From the IMG/VR virus record IMGVR_UViG_3300017917_003366: DNA of 64,000 bases. One strand, 5' to 3'. Of this stretch, positions 29,050-37,132 are shown in pieces. The translations under genes and the position numbers were made by a program. Numbering within the stretch: the stretch's first letter is position 1; every line of letters starts with the position of its first letter. Below the pieces are notes generated by a model. The model did no database searches and was not told the origin of the DNA. It worked only from the letters and a program-made list of their open reading frames with translations. This stretch comes from a virus. Its lineage: Duplodnaviria > Heunggongvirae > Uroviricota > Caudoviricetes.

Positions 29050-30312
29050 TTACTGAGTTCTTTCGTCGTATCCTAAAATCTTCTTCATTCTCTTGATTTC
29101 TTCTTCAAGAATGGAAGACATAGTAGGTTTTTCAGATTCGTTAACCACGTTAACTTTCTCAGGTTCTTTCCAAGCATGACCCCAACTAATTTGTGGTTCT
29201 TTAGAAATCTTCTTAGCCTTTCTTTCAGCTTTTACTTTGATTTTCTTTCCTGTATCTGTTTTAATAACATTAGCAGCATCTTGTGAGTTACCCATAGTTG
29301 AATCACCCTCCAATGCTTTCTTTAATCTTTCTTTGAATCTTTCTGATGGTTCATAATCATAATTCAAATCTTCAAGTCCACCACCTCTATAATCTTCGAT
29401 GGTTTCATTTTCTTTTTCGTCACTTCTTTGTGCGACAGTTTCACCCTTACCAATTGCTTTTGGGAATTCAGGATTGTCGTTACCATCGAATGATGAAACA
29501 TCTTTCAATTTCTTCTCAACGTCGGCCATATGTGATTTAGATTCGTCACCAGAACCCTTTTGAGCTCTTTTAGTAACTTCTAAACCCGGTACCGCTTCGT
29601 TTACCATTTTTGAAATTAAAGAAACCAATTCACTTTCTGTAAGTCTTAAAGTGTTTCCTGTTGATTCATTCATAGGTGAACCACACTCAGAACACATACC
29701 TTCTTCGTTTAACATAGCTCCACACTCATTACAAGAACCCATTCCTTCAGAAACATCTTCTTTCTTACCTGCTCTTAAATCAGCTAAGTCGTCAGCACCA
29801 ATGTCACCATCTTTGTCAACGTCAAGTTTATGTTGGTCTCCGGTAAGTTCTTCTCCCATCTCACCACACTCAGCACACATTTCCTCTTCTTCAAGTTGTT
29901 TGTAACACTCGTCAACATTATAAGTTTCTTCTCCAACTTTAAATTCTTTTAGACCCTTTTCTTTAGCGTCTAAAACGGCTTGTGCCAAATTCTTAACCTT
30001 TACAGTCGTCTTTTTTTCCATGGTTTTTGTTTCTTTAACTTCAAGTTCTTCTCCTAAATCTTCCATTTTGTCTATCATTTCAGAATAGGAGTTATATTTT
30101 GTTTTTTCGATTATAAATTCTTTTTCAGGATGTTTCTTCTTATAAATATCTAAATGAGTATTGGCTTCTTCCTCGGTCTTAAAAGTATCAACAGGTTCTC
30201 CTTCACAGGTGATATGAAATACCTCTTGACCCTCTTCTCCTTCGTTTAGAATGGTTTTTCTAACCTCATCAGCTAAGGACTCATTAATAATATTTTGAAT
30301 GTCTGAAATCAT
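29050..30312 (-). CDS. Acidic head-associated/internal protein with EF-hand-like loop and CxxC motifs
   Basis: DVDKDGDIGADD loop; CAECG, CNECG..CSECG; LRLTESELVSLISKMVNE segment; TATTTATA upstream. Confidence 0.6.
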   Translation of the reverse strand: MISDIQNIINESLADEVRKTILNEGEEGQEVFHITCEGEPVDTFKTEEEANTHLDIYKKKHPEKEFIIEKTKYNSYSEMIDKMEDLGEELEVKETKTMEKKTTVKVKNLAQAVLDAKEKGLKEFKVGEETYNVDECYKQLEEEEMCAECGEMGEELTGDQHKLDVDKDGDIGADDLADLRAGKKEDVSEGMGSCNECGAMLNEEGMCSECGSPMNESTGNTLRLTESELVSLISKMVNEAVPGLEVTKRAQKGSGDESKSHMADVEKKLKDVSSFDGNDNPEFPKAIGKGETVAQRSDEKENETIEDYRGGGLEDLNYDYEPSERFKERLKKALEGDSTMGNSQDAANVIKTDTGKKIKVKAERKAKKISKEPQISWGHAWKEPEKVNVVNESEKPTMSSILEEEIKRMKKILGYDERTQ

Positions 30313-30313
30313 C

Positions 30314-31072
30314 TTACTTTATAAATATCTTGTTTATCTCATTTAATACTACTTTTTCCATTTCTGAGTATGGAATACCGTATGTTTTTGACGCTTTTTG
30401 AATTGCTTCTTTAAGACCGTCCATCTCTAATGCTTCAATTGCATTTATGTCACCCTGATTACAGTAAGGGAATTTCTTACATTTTTCCTTTATTTTGATA
30501 AAGATTCCACCGGGACCACCGTACTTTGGGAAGTTCTTATCCTTAACGGCTCTACTCTTTTTAATACTATCAGGACCTCCGATTTTTAAAGGATTTTTAC
30601 TTCCATCACCAAATGGTGCATCATAGGGACCCGCAGCATCTGATGTCATTGCCTCCCTCAAATTATGGATAATATCGATTTTTCTTTTGATTGGTTTTGA
30701 ACTAAGAGACCCGACGAATGAACCCGCGGAATCTGCACCCATTGATTCGGTTGCTTCTTGTTTTTTCTTTTTACCTTGACAATGTGCCTTCTGTGAGAAA
30801 CCTTTTGGATTTGAACAATCTATAGAATTTTTATATTTCTGTGACCATTTCTCATCCATTTCTATCTTACTTAACTTGTCATAGTATTTTGGGTCTTCGT
30901 ATATGTGGTCCATAGCAATTTCTTTTGCTTTGGATTCATCACCCGTATGTTCCTTCTCTACTTTGATACCTTTCTTCAATTGGGATAAGATATCTTTAAT
31001 TGTGATTTGGTGTTTTTTTGCCAAATCCTCAGGTTTCATATTATCCGATAAACCACCCTTTAACTTGTTCAT
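30314..31072 (-). CDS. Modular phage protein with DUF5661-like domain
   Basis: LKKGIKVEKEH...AKEIAMDHIYEDPKYYDKL; small Cys modules IDCSNPKGFSQKAHC and KCKKFPYCNQG. Confidence 0.62.
   Translation of the reverse strand: MNKLKGGLSDNMKPEDLAKKHQITIKDILSQLKKGIKVEKEHTGDESKAKEIAMDHIYEDPKYYDKLSKIEMDEKWSQKYKNSIDCSNPKGFSQKAHCQGKKKKQEATESMGADSAGSFVGSLSSKPIKRKIDIIHNLREAMTSDAAGPYDAPFGDGSKNPLKIGGPDSIKKSRAVKDKNFPKYGGPGGIFIKIKEKCKKFPYCNQGDINAIEALEMDGLKEAIQKASKTYGIPYSEMEKVVLNEINKIFIK
30320..30327 (-). promoter_or_regulatory. TATTTATA putative late promoter
   Basis: Encoded in KIFIK*, before ATG 30312. Confidence 0.55.
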
Positions 31073-31311
31073 TATTTTACACTTTTTAAAGAGGTCTCCC
31101 AGAAAGATTTACGTTGCCATAGTGTCTTAAACAATTCAACAACGACCTTCGTGGAAAGGTCAACAATTTTATCATCGATATTACGTGTACCGAGTTCTTT
31201 TTGAATCATTTTAACCACGATATTATGAGCTTGAGTTGTCTCAAGGAAATCTTTCATTTCTTTCCTTGAAATTCTTTCAATCTCTTTAATATCTGCATTA
31301 GTTAGTGCCAT
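31072..31311 (-). CDS. Hypothetical protein (79 aa)
   Basis: Operon-coupled ORF. Confidence 0.7.
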   Translation of the reverse strand: MALTNADIKEIERISRKEMKDFLETTQAHNIVVKMIQKELGTRNIDDKIVDLSTKVVVELFKTLWQRKSFWETSLKSVK

Positions 31312-31312
31312 A

Positions 31313-31870
31313 TTACGTTGTTCTTCTATCTCTTAACATGGGTTCCATTGATGAGATGAATGTTGGTTTAAACTTTGATAGTTTATCGAACATTTCTAAT
31401 GTCTCTGATTCAATTGGTAACATGTCTGAATTAATATATAAACCACTTTCGTTTCCTGCAATGAGTACAAAATTGATATCTAAATCAGGAATTGACCCAT
31501 CTAATCTAATTTGTTGTTCATCGATGGTAAAACCGGGATTTAAATCTCCTAATTGTGCAACTTGTTGTCTAAATCCATCAATTAACTGACTGATACTATT
31601 TTTCTCGTCATCTTTTAATTTGACATCCTCTTGGTCAGTTGAAATTAATTTTACTTCAACCTCATTTACTACCTCAACGTTGTCATATTTTTCTTGGTAT
31701 GATTCAGGACTTGGTACGTCGTCACCGGGTTCTGATGGTTGTGGTTCTGAAGGTTGTACATCTTCAGATAAGATTCTTGCACTTTTTGATTGTTTTGATT
31801 CGTTAAGGGTTCTCATTGTAGAGAGCATTCCCTTAATCTCATCATAAGCTGTTTGTTTCTTTGTATTCAT
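31313..31870 (-). CDS. Hypothetical acidic protein (185 aa)
   Basis: N-terminal IKGMLSTMRTLNE segment, acidic body; TATTTATA upstream. Confidence 0.72.
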   Translation of the reverse strand: MNTKKQTAYDEIKGMLSTMRTLNESKQSKSARILSEDVQPSEPQPSEPGDDVPSPESYQEKYDNVEVVNEVEVKLISTDQEDVKLKDDEKNSISQLIDGFRQQVAQLGDLNPGFTIDEQQIRLDGSIPDLDINFVLIAGNESGLYINSDMLPIESETLEMFDKLSKFKPTFISSMEPMLRDRRTT

Positions 31871-32465
31871 CTTTTAAAAATATTCTAAAATTAAACGAAG
31901 GGTTTATATCTGTATAAATATTTGAAAAATTGGATTTACAGACAACTCCGTGGAATTTTAAGACATTTTCCAAATAACCTTGAGAGGGCACTGACTGATA
32001 TGGGATATCATTAAGATTACATAGGTGTTCACAGAGTTTAGCAATTGAGTCAAGTTGACTCTCAGGATACCTGTCCCAGAAGTAATAATTCCTCCAATTA
32101 CGAGCAAACGGTTCCGACCTGTATGGGTCACCAATCCAATTATTCATGAATCCCGTGATGGTATTCTTATTTAACCAACCAAGATTCTCAATTGCGATTT
32201 TGATGAACTGTTTATCAATTTTAGGTTCATCAAAGGTATTTGAATAGTATTTGGTATCGAAGAGTTGATATACGGTACCTAACTTAGTTACGATGAAATG
32301 AGGTACCTCATCATAGTTACCGTTCCTCCTGTGTCTGATTTTATTGATAAAATCGTCAGCCCTTCTTCCCGTATCGTATAGAAATATTTGAGTTTTTTTA
32401 GATTTTCTCTTAGTAATGTTAAGTGTCTTACTATCTAAACCTTCTACGTTGTGTATTTCCAACAT
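31842..32465 (-). CDS. Amidase_2 (N-acetylmuramoyl-L-alanine amidase)-like protein with degenerate Zn site
   Basis: PHFIVTKLGTVYQLFD, IAIEN, YPESQLDSIAKLC, DINP; LYDT replaces the HHT motif and VVCK replaces the second His motif. Confidence 0.7.
   Translation of the reverse strand: MLEIHNVEGLDSKTLNITKRKSKKTQIFLYDTGRRADDFINKIRHRRNGNYDEVPHFIVTKLGTVYQLFDTKYYSNTFDEPKIDKQFIKIAIENLGWLNKNTITGFMNNWIGDPYRSEPFARNWRNYYFWDRYPESQLDSIAKLCEHLCNLNDIPYQSVPSQGYLENVLKFHGVVCKSNFSNIYTDINPSFNFRIFLKDEYKETNSL
31913..31920 (-). promoter_or_regulatory. TATTTATA putative late promoter
   Basis: Inside the amidase-like gene, about 42 nt before ATG 31870. Confidence 0.45.
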
Positions 32466-32649
32466 TCCTTGTTATAATTTTTCTCATCGGAGCCTGTCTT
32501 ATTGTTGGTGTTTCTTCCACGATGTCATTTACAGGTGTCTCCTGATTATCATCAGATTCCCAATAAATGGGGTCTTGATTAGTAGAAACCTCGTTTTCCG
32601 AACCATAATTTTGAGTATTTTGATTGGGTTGGGATTCGGTTTCTTCTAG
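32431..32649 (-). other. ATG-less 72-codon reading frame continuing 32646..34004 in the -1 frame (candidate frameshift extension)
   Basis: A10 run (GAA AAA AAA AAC TAG) at the stop; -1 frame reads LEETESQPNQ...NTQRRRFR* and fills the 180-bp gap. Confidence 0.65.
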
Positions 32650-34004
32650 TTTTTTTTTTCTTCCTCCGATTCGTCCGGGGGAAGTGTTGTTTCGGTCACC
32701 TCAGGTGTTGGTTCTTCTATTATCTCTTCTTCCTCAGCAATCGGCGTGGGGTCGTCTTGTGGTTGGACTTGTAAATCTATTGTCAATACATCATCGTCAA
32801 TATCTTCGTCTTCCTCAAAAACTTCCTCCTCAACCACCGGTGTTGGTGTTGGTTCAGGTGTTTCGATTGGATTAAGTGCCATGTCCAATTCTTGAGTATA
32901 TTCAAAACCATATGGTTTCTCCGGCTCAACCTCATTTACTTCCTCAGGGGTCGGTGTTTCAACTACCTTAACTTCTTCGGGTGTTGGGGTCTCGGTAATC
33001 TCATTAATAACCTCCTCAGGAATAAATCCGTCATATCCATCTAATTCTGTATCTTCAGGGATTAAATCGTTTTCATACGATTCAATGGGTGGTTGAGGGG
33101 GTAATAAACTTTCATCAAAAGAATACCCGTAATCTTCTCTCTCTTCGTATTGTTCTTTTATTGCTTCTAATGCCTCTTCAGTTATTGGTAAAGTATTTGG
33201 TGTCGGTTCAATCGTCTCTTCTTTTGGTTTCTCATCGTGTGTTAAGTCCCAAAAATTTTCATTGATTATTTGATTGAATTCTTCAGGAATATCCTGAGTT
33301 GAAATGTTTAACTCTTCTTCGACTTGAGGGGTGACTTCGGGGGTAACTTGTGGGGTCCTATTTAAGAATTTTTCAAGTAATACCAAATCCTCTTCCGATA
33401 ATCTTATTCTTGATACTTCACCAACAATATCCTTTGCTTCAACTGTTGGGACCTCTTCTTTCTTAATTGGTTCTTCAACAACATTATCGTTTGGTTGAAC
33501 GATATTTTCATTTATCGGTTCATTCGACGATATTTCTTTATTTTCCTGTGTGAACTTAACCAACATGTGGAGGAATGAGAGTGAGATTAGTGGTAACATA
33601 CCACCAGCAAAAAATGCTAAGAATCTTTTATGACCCACAAGGTCAGTTGGTTCTACTCCTATAAACTCAATTAGTGGAGAAACGAGTTCAACCCACGAAA
33701 TGAAAGAAGGGCTGTTTACATCAATGTATGAATATGCAAAATAGATATTACCGATAAATTGTACCAACGTCACAATACCAAATGGGAAATAAACTTTCTT
33801 ACCCATATTGGCAGATATTGCTGCAAGTGCCGACAACGCGGCAATTTCAACACCTATGGAAAGGTATATCGCCCAAGTTACGGGATTAGATATACCATAC
33901 CATTTTGTTACGTGTGAAATCGATACAATGGCAACAGTTATAATCGGAATTAAAAATGCCGATATAATAAGTGTCTTGTAATTTCTATTAAACCAATTCT
34001 TCAT
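32646..34004 (-). CDS. Membrane protein: about 4 N-terminal TM helices plus long acidic Pro/Glu-rich tail
   Basis: Hydrophobic segments in aa 12-150; ETPTPEEV-type low-complexity C-terminus. Confidence 0.8.
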   Translation of the reverse strand: MKNWFNRNYKTLIISAFLIPIITVAIVSISHVTKWYGISNPVTWAIYLSIGVEIAALSALAAISANMGKKVYFPFGIVTLVQFIGNIYFAYSYIDVNSPSFISWVELVSPLIEFIGVEPTDLVGHKRFLAFFAGGMLPLISLSFLHMLVKFTQENKEISSNEPINENIVQPNDNVVEEPIKKEEVPTVEAKDIVGEVSRIRLSEEDLVLLEKFLNRTPQVTPEVTPQVEEELNISTQDIPEEFNQIINENFWDLTHDEKPKEETIEPTPNTLPITEEALEAIKEQYEEREDYGYSFDESLLPPQPPIESYENDLIPEDTELDGYDGFIPEEVINEITETPTPEEVKVVETPTPEEVNEVEPEKPYGFEYTQELDMALNPIETPEPTPTPVVEEEVFEEDEDIDDDVLTIDLQVQPQDDPTPIAEEEEIIEEPTPEVTETTLPPDESEEEKKN

Positions 34005-34291
34005 TAATTCAACTTACCTTCTAATGTCTTTATTTCATTGTCAATTTGAGTTTGTCTGTTGACATCTAAGATTTTTCTATCTGTTGATTGAATCATTCTT
34101 TTTTCTGCCTTCAAACCCTCAATCTGTAAACGAAGATTTAATTCTTCTTTTGTGTATGTGGAATCTTTAATTGATTGAACCTCTTTTCTCATTTTAGAAA
34201 GTTCTCTTCCGTCACCACAGCTCTTGAAAAACCCAAGTAGGGCAATAACAAGAACAATTACTGTAAAGTTATTTTGTATGAACTTTTTCAT
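34004..34291 (-). CDS. Small membrane/lipoprotein-like coiled-coil protein
   Basis: Hydrophobic N-terminus ending FKSCG, then coiled coil; TATTTATA upstream. Confidence 0.65.
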   Translation of the reverse strand: MKKFIQNNFTVIVLVIALLGFFKSCGDGRELSKMRKEVQSIKDSTYTKEELNLRLQIEGLKAEKRMIQSTDRKILDVNRQTQIDNEIKTLEGKLN

Positions 34292-34302
34292 AATTTTTTA
34301 TT

Positions 34303-35112
34303 TTATAAATAGTTTAGTAATCCATAACTATCGTTTCTAAGCTTTTTCAGTGCCTTGTCACGTAGTTGTCGGATTCGTTCTTTGGTACATCCAAATTCTT
34401 CTCCAAGGTCCTCAAGGTTCATTTCAATACCTGTCAAACCATATGATTTTTCAATAATTACTTTTTCTCTCTCATCCAAAATGGACAACATCATATCCAC
34501 TCTCTTTTTAACCTCTGCCGGTGTATTAAGAAGTGCTTCGGGGTCATCAGCATCCTTGTTGATGATGATATCAATCAACGTGTCACCTTCTTCATTTATT
34601 TCATCACTAAGATTTACACAATGAGGTAAAACAAACTCCTTACTGGTATCTTCATAATTGATGAAGAATTGGTCATCTTTATAAGGTTGTTCTTTTTGTT
34701 TCTTTTGGTTTTCTTGAATGATGTTAGATGGTAAACGTATCATTCGGGCATTTTCATTTAAAGATGCCATGATTGATTGTTTTACCCACCAAACCGCATA
34801 AGAGATAAATTTGAATCCACTATTGGGGTCAAATCTTTCTGCTGCCTTAATAAGACCAATGTTACCTTCAGATATCAAATCCATGATATCCATTCCTTGA
34901 CCTTGGTATAGTTTAGCTACGGTGATTACAAAACGAAGATTACCGACCACGAGTTCGTTGAGTAGTTGTTGCTTCTCAACTTTAGTGATGTCTTTTCGTT
35001 TTAGTTGTTTAAAGATTTCATCCTGTCTCTCGTGTGAGATTACTTTGATTTTACGGATGTCTTTGATGTATTGTTGGATTTCCTCCGTGTTAATAAGAAT
35101 AGATTTACTCAT
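34303..35112 (-). CDS. rpoD: RNA polymerase sigma-70 factor, Bacteroidota RpoD-like, shortened region 3
   Basis: NLRFVITVAK.YQ.QG...DLISEGNIGLIKAAERFD...GFKFISYAVWWVKQSI (region 2); TKERIRQLRDKALKKLR (region 4.2). Confidence 0.93.
   Translation of the reverse strand: MSKSILINTEEIQQYIKDIRKIKVISHERQDEIFKQLKRKDITKVEKQQLLNELVVGNLRFVITVAKLYQGQGMDIMDLISEGNIGLIKAAERFDPNSGFKFISYAVWWVKQSIMASLNENARMIRLPSNIIQENQKKQKEQPYKDDQFFINYEDTSKEFVLPHCVNLSDEINEEGDTLIDIIINKDADDPEALLNTPAEVKKRVDMMLSILDEREKVIIEKSYGLTGIEMNLEDLGEEFGCTKERIRQLRDKALKKLRNDSYGLLNYL
34304..34311 (-). promoter_or_regulatory. TATTTATA putative late promoter
   Basis: Encoded in the NYL* end of the sigma gene, before ATG 34291. Confidence 0.55.
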
Positions 35113-35137
35113 TGTACTAGTTGTTTCGGTTTACCTA

Positions 35138-35168
35138 TAAAGGTAACAAAAATATTCTAATTTTCAAA
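35138..35168 (-). promoter_or_regulatory. Bacteroidota-type promoter for the sigma gene
   Basis: TTTG(35168-65)-N19-TACCTTTA(35145-38). Confidence 0.7.
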
Positions 35169-35621
35169 GTTATCCAAGAACTTTTTTTCGTCCTCAGTTA
35201 AACTTTCTAAACCGAACTGTTCAATCTTTTCTAAAATGATATCAAGGTCCAAATCAGAAGACATTACCCTGTCCTCTGCAACCTCCTGTTTTTCGTACTC
35301 GATACGTAATGAGGTGTGGTCCTCTTTGGGTTTGAAGATGAAATCCTTCATCTGCACTGGTAAGTTTGCACTGTATATTGATTCCCTTTCAAAAAGGAAA
35401 TAGAACTTCACAATATCACTAGTTAGGATACTGTGAAGTTCCTCCGATAATTCCTTTCTTACTAAATCAGATTCAAATATAACAATGATATTTTTATTAT
35501 TTTCGATTACAAAACGGACTGTTTTAACCGCGGGACTTGTCCCGAGAATTTCAGAACAAAAAAATTCAATGTCCTCTTGGTCTTCAAATATTCCGTATAG
35601 AAATAATAAAAATGTTTTCAA
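35157..35621 (-). CDS. Hypothetical protein (154 aa)
   Basis: C-terminal LDIILEKIEQFGLESLTEDEKKFL helical motif. Confidence 0.7.
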   Translation of the reverse strand: MKTFLLFLYGIFEDQEDIEFFCSEILGTSPAVKTVRFVIENNKNIIVIFESDLVRKELSEELHSILTSDIVKFYFLFERESIYSANLPVQMKDFIFKPKEDHTSLRIEYEKQEVAEDRVMSSDLDLDIILEKIEQFGLESLTEDEKKFLDNFEN

Positions 35622-35623
35622 TT

Positions 35624-36052
35624 CTACTTAATGATTAAGAATGTTGTTAAAACTAAAATTGCGGTACCTCCAAGGAAACTCTTGAATTTGTTTTTGACTT
35701 TCTCCTTCTTGAGTTTTAATTCAACTGATTTGGTATAATTTTCCAACACAGTATACTTTTGTTCATGTGCACCGATGATTGTTTTATAGTTCTCTTCTTT
35801 CTGTTGCATGGTAACGATAACACTATCTTTCAATGCAACTTTTTCTTCTAACTTAGAAATTTCTTCGTTAGCCAATTTTAATTCAGCTTTAGCCGAATCG
35901 CCCTTTAATAAATCTTTTGCGATTTCTTTAAAAACGGAAACGGGTAAACACTTAACTGGTTCGGGGGTTGGTTGTTTCTTACTTGTATCTGTCTGAGAAA
36001 AACTCGTCAAGCTCAGGTTCAGTAAGAGTATTAACACGATTAATTTTTTCAT
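35624..36052 (-). CDS. Signal-peptide coiled-coil protein with C-terminal hydrophobic anchor (spanin-like candidate)
   Basis: MKKLIVLILLLNLSLTSFSQ signal, coiled coil, TAILVLTTFLII tail; overlaps the upstream gene by 74 nt. Confidence 0.6.
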   Translation of the reverse strand: MKKLIVLILLLNLSLTSFSQTDTSKKQPTPEPVKCLPVSVFKEIAKDLLKGDSAKAELKLANEEISKLEEKVALKDSVIVTMQQKEENYKTIIGAHEQKYTVLENYTKSVELKLKKEKVKNKFKSFLGGTAILVLTTFLIIK

Positions 36053-36371
36053 GGTAAATTTCTTTTACAACTGTTTTTTGTCCTTTTATCTTGTCAATGT
36101 CTTTGTCGACCTCAACAATCTCTTCGTTAATTCCATCGATTTTGTCATCTAAAATTTGTTGATTTTTGTTCATTTCCAAAATCAACACGTTTAGTGAATC
36201 AATCTTAGCTTTCTCCTCAACTGACATGTTCATTTTCGGAGTTAAAACGAACATCAACCAATACAATACAAATAATCCAAACAATACTGCCAAGATTATT
36301 TTGTAGTTCTTAGTAACAAATGAACCTGTACTTTTCAAGTTCTTTTTTGCATTTTCTACTTTGTTATTCAT
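35979..36371 (-). CDS. N-terminal TM coiled-coil protein (i-spanin-like candidate)
   Basis: IILAVLFGLFVLYWLMFVL TM followed by coiled coil; TATTTATA upstream. Confidence 0.6.
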   Translation of the reverse strand: MNNKVENAKKNLKSTGSFVTKNYKIILAVLFGLFVLYWLMFVLTPKMNMSVEEKAKIDSLNVLILEMNKNQQILDDKIDGINEEIVEVDKDIDKIKGQKTVVKEIYHEKINRVNTLTEPELDEFFSDRYK

Positions 36372-36384
36372 AAGTTTATTTTAT

Positions 36385-36392
36385 TATAAATA
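36385..36392 (-). promoter_or_regulatory. TATTTATA putative late promoter
   Basis: Immediately after the clpP terminator, before ATG 36371. Confidence 0.62.
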
Positions 36393-36396
36393 TGAG

Positions 36397-36422
36397 AAAA
36401 GGGGGTTAATTCGACCCCCTTT
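36397..36422 (-). terminator. Rho-independent terminator after clpP
   Basis: AAGGGGGT-7 nt-ACCCCCTT stem with T run on the minus strand. Confidence 0.88.
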
Positions 36423-36424
36423 AA

Positions 36425-37087
36425 TTACTTCTTCTTACGAACAATTTCGTCGATAATACCGTAATTCAACGCATCTTCCGCGGATAACCATAGGTCTCGA
36501 GACGCATCGGTTTTTACTTGTTCTGCGGATTTTCCACAATAATCACCAAGCAATTGGAAGAGAATGTCATTAAGTTTTTTCCATTCAACCATGTCAATTT
36601 CCGCATCTTGGATGTTACCTCTAAACCCACCTGATGATTGGTGTAACATGGTTCTTGAGAAACGAAGTGAACATCTTTTTCCCTTTGTTCCCGCACCAAG
36701 TAGAATTGAACCCATTGATGCTGCCATACCTGTATTCACGGTTCTAATGTCAGAGTTGATGTAATCCATAACGTCAACCATGGACAAACCTGATTTAACG
36801 GAACCACCGGGACTGTCAATGTGCATCGTAATGTCATTGTTGTCAATACTGTCCAAGAACATTAATTGAGCTTGTACCACTGTTGACATTGAATCGTTTA
36901 CTTCACCAGCAACCCAAATGATTCTTTCCATCATCAATCGTGAGAATACATCCATTGCAGTTACGTTGAGTTGTCTTTCCTCAAGAATATATGGGGTCAT
37001 ACTATCCTCAATACGTTGATTGTAGTAGTGTAGGTTCATTCCGCTGATACCTCTATCTTTTGCGAACAATTTGAAATCTCTATTCAT
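36425..37087 (-). CDS. clpP: ATP-dependent Clp protease proteolytic subunit
   Basis: MDVFSRLMMERII, DSPGGSV, GMAASMGS (Ser), MLHQ (His), RDLWLSAEDA.NYG (Asp). Confidence 0.96.
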   Translation of the reverse strand: MNRDFKLFAKDRGISGMNLHYYNQRIEDSMTPYILEERQLNVTAMDVFSRLMMERIIWVAGEVNDSMSTVVQAQLMFLDSIDNNDITMHIDSPGGSVKSGLSMVDVMDYINSDIRTVNTGMAASMGSILLGAGTKGKRCSLRFSRTMLHQSSGGFRGNIQDAEIDMVEWKKLNDILFQLLGDYCGKSAEQVKTDASRDLWLSAEDALNYGIIDEIVRKKK

Positions 37088-37101
37088 GTATATAGTTTTT
37101 T

Positions 37102-37132
37102 TAAAAATAAGAAAAAAATGTGTTATTACGAA
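37102..37132 (-). promoter_or_regulatory. Bacteroidota-type promoter for clpP
   Basis: TTCG-N19-TATTTTTA. Confidence 0.55.
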
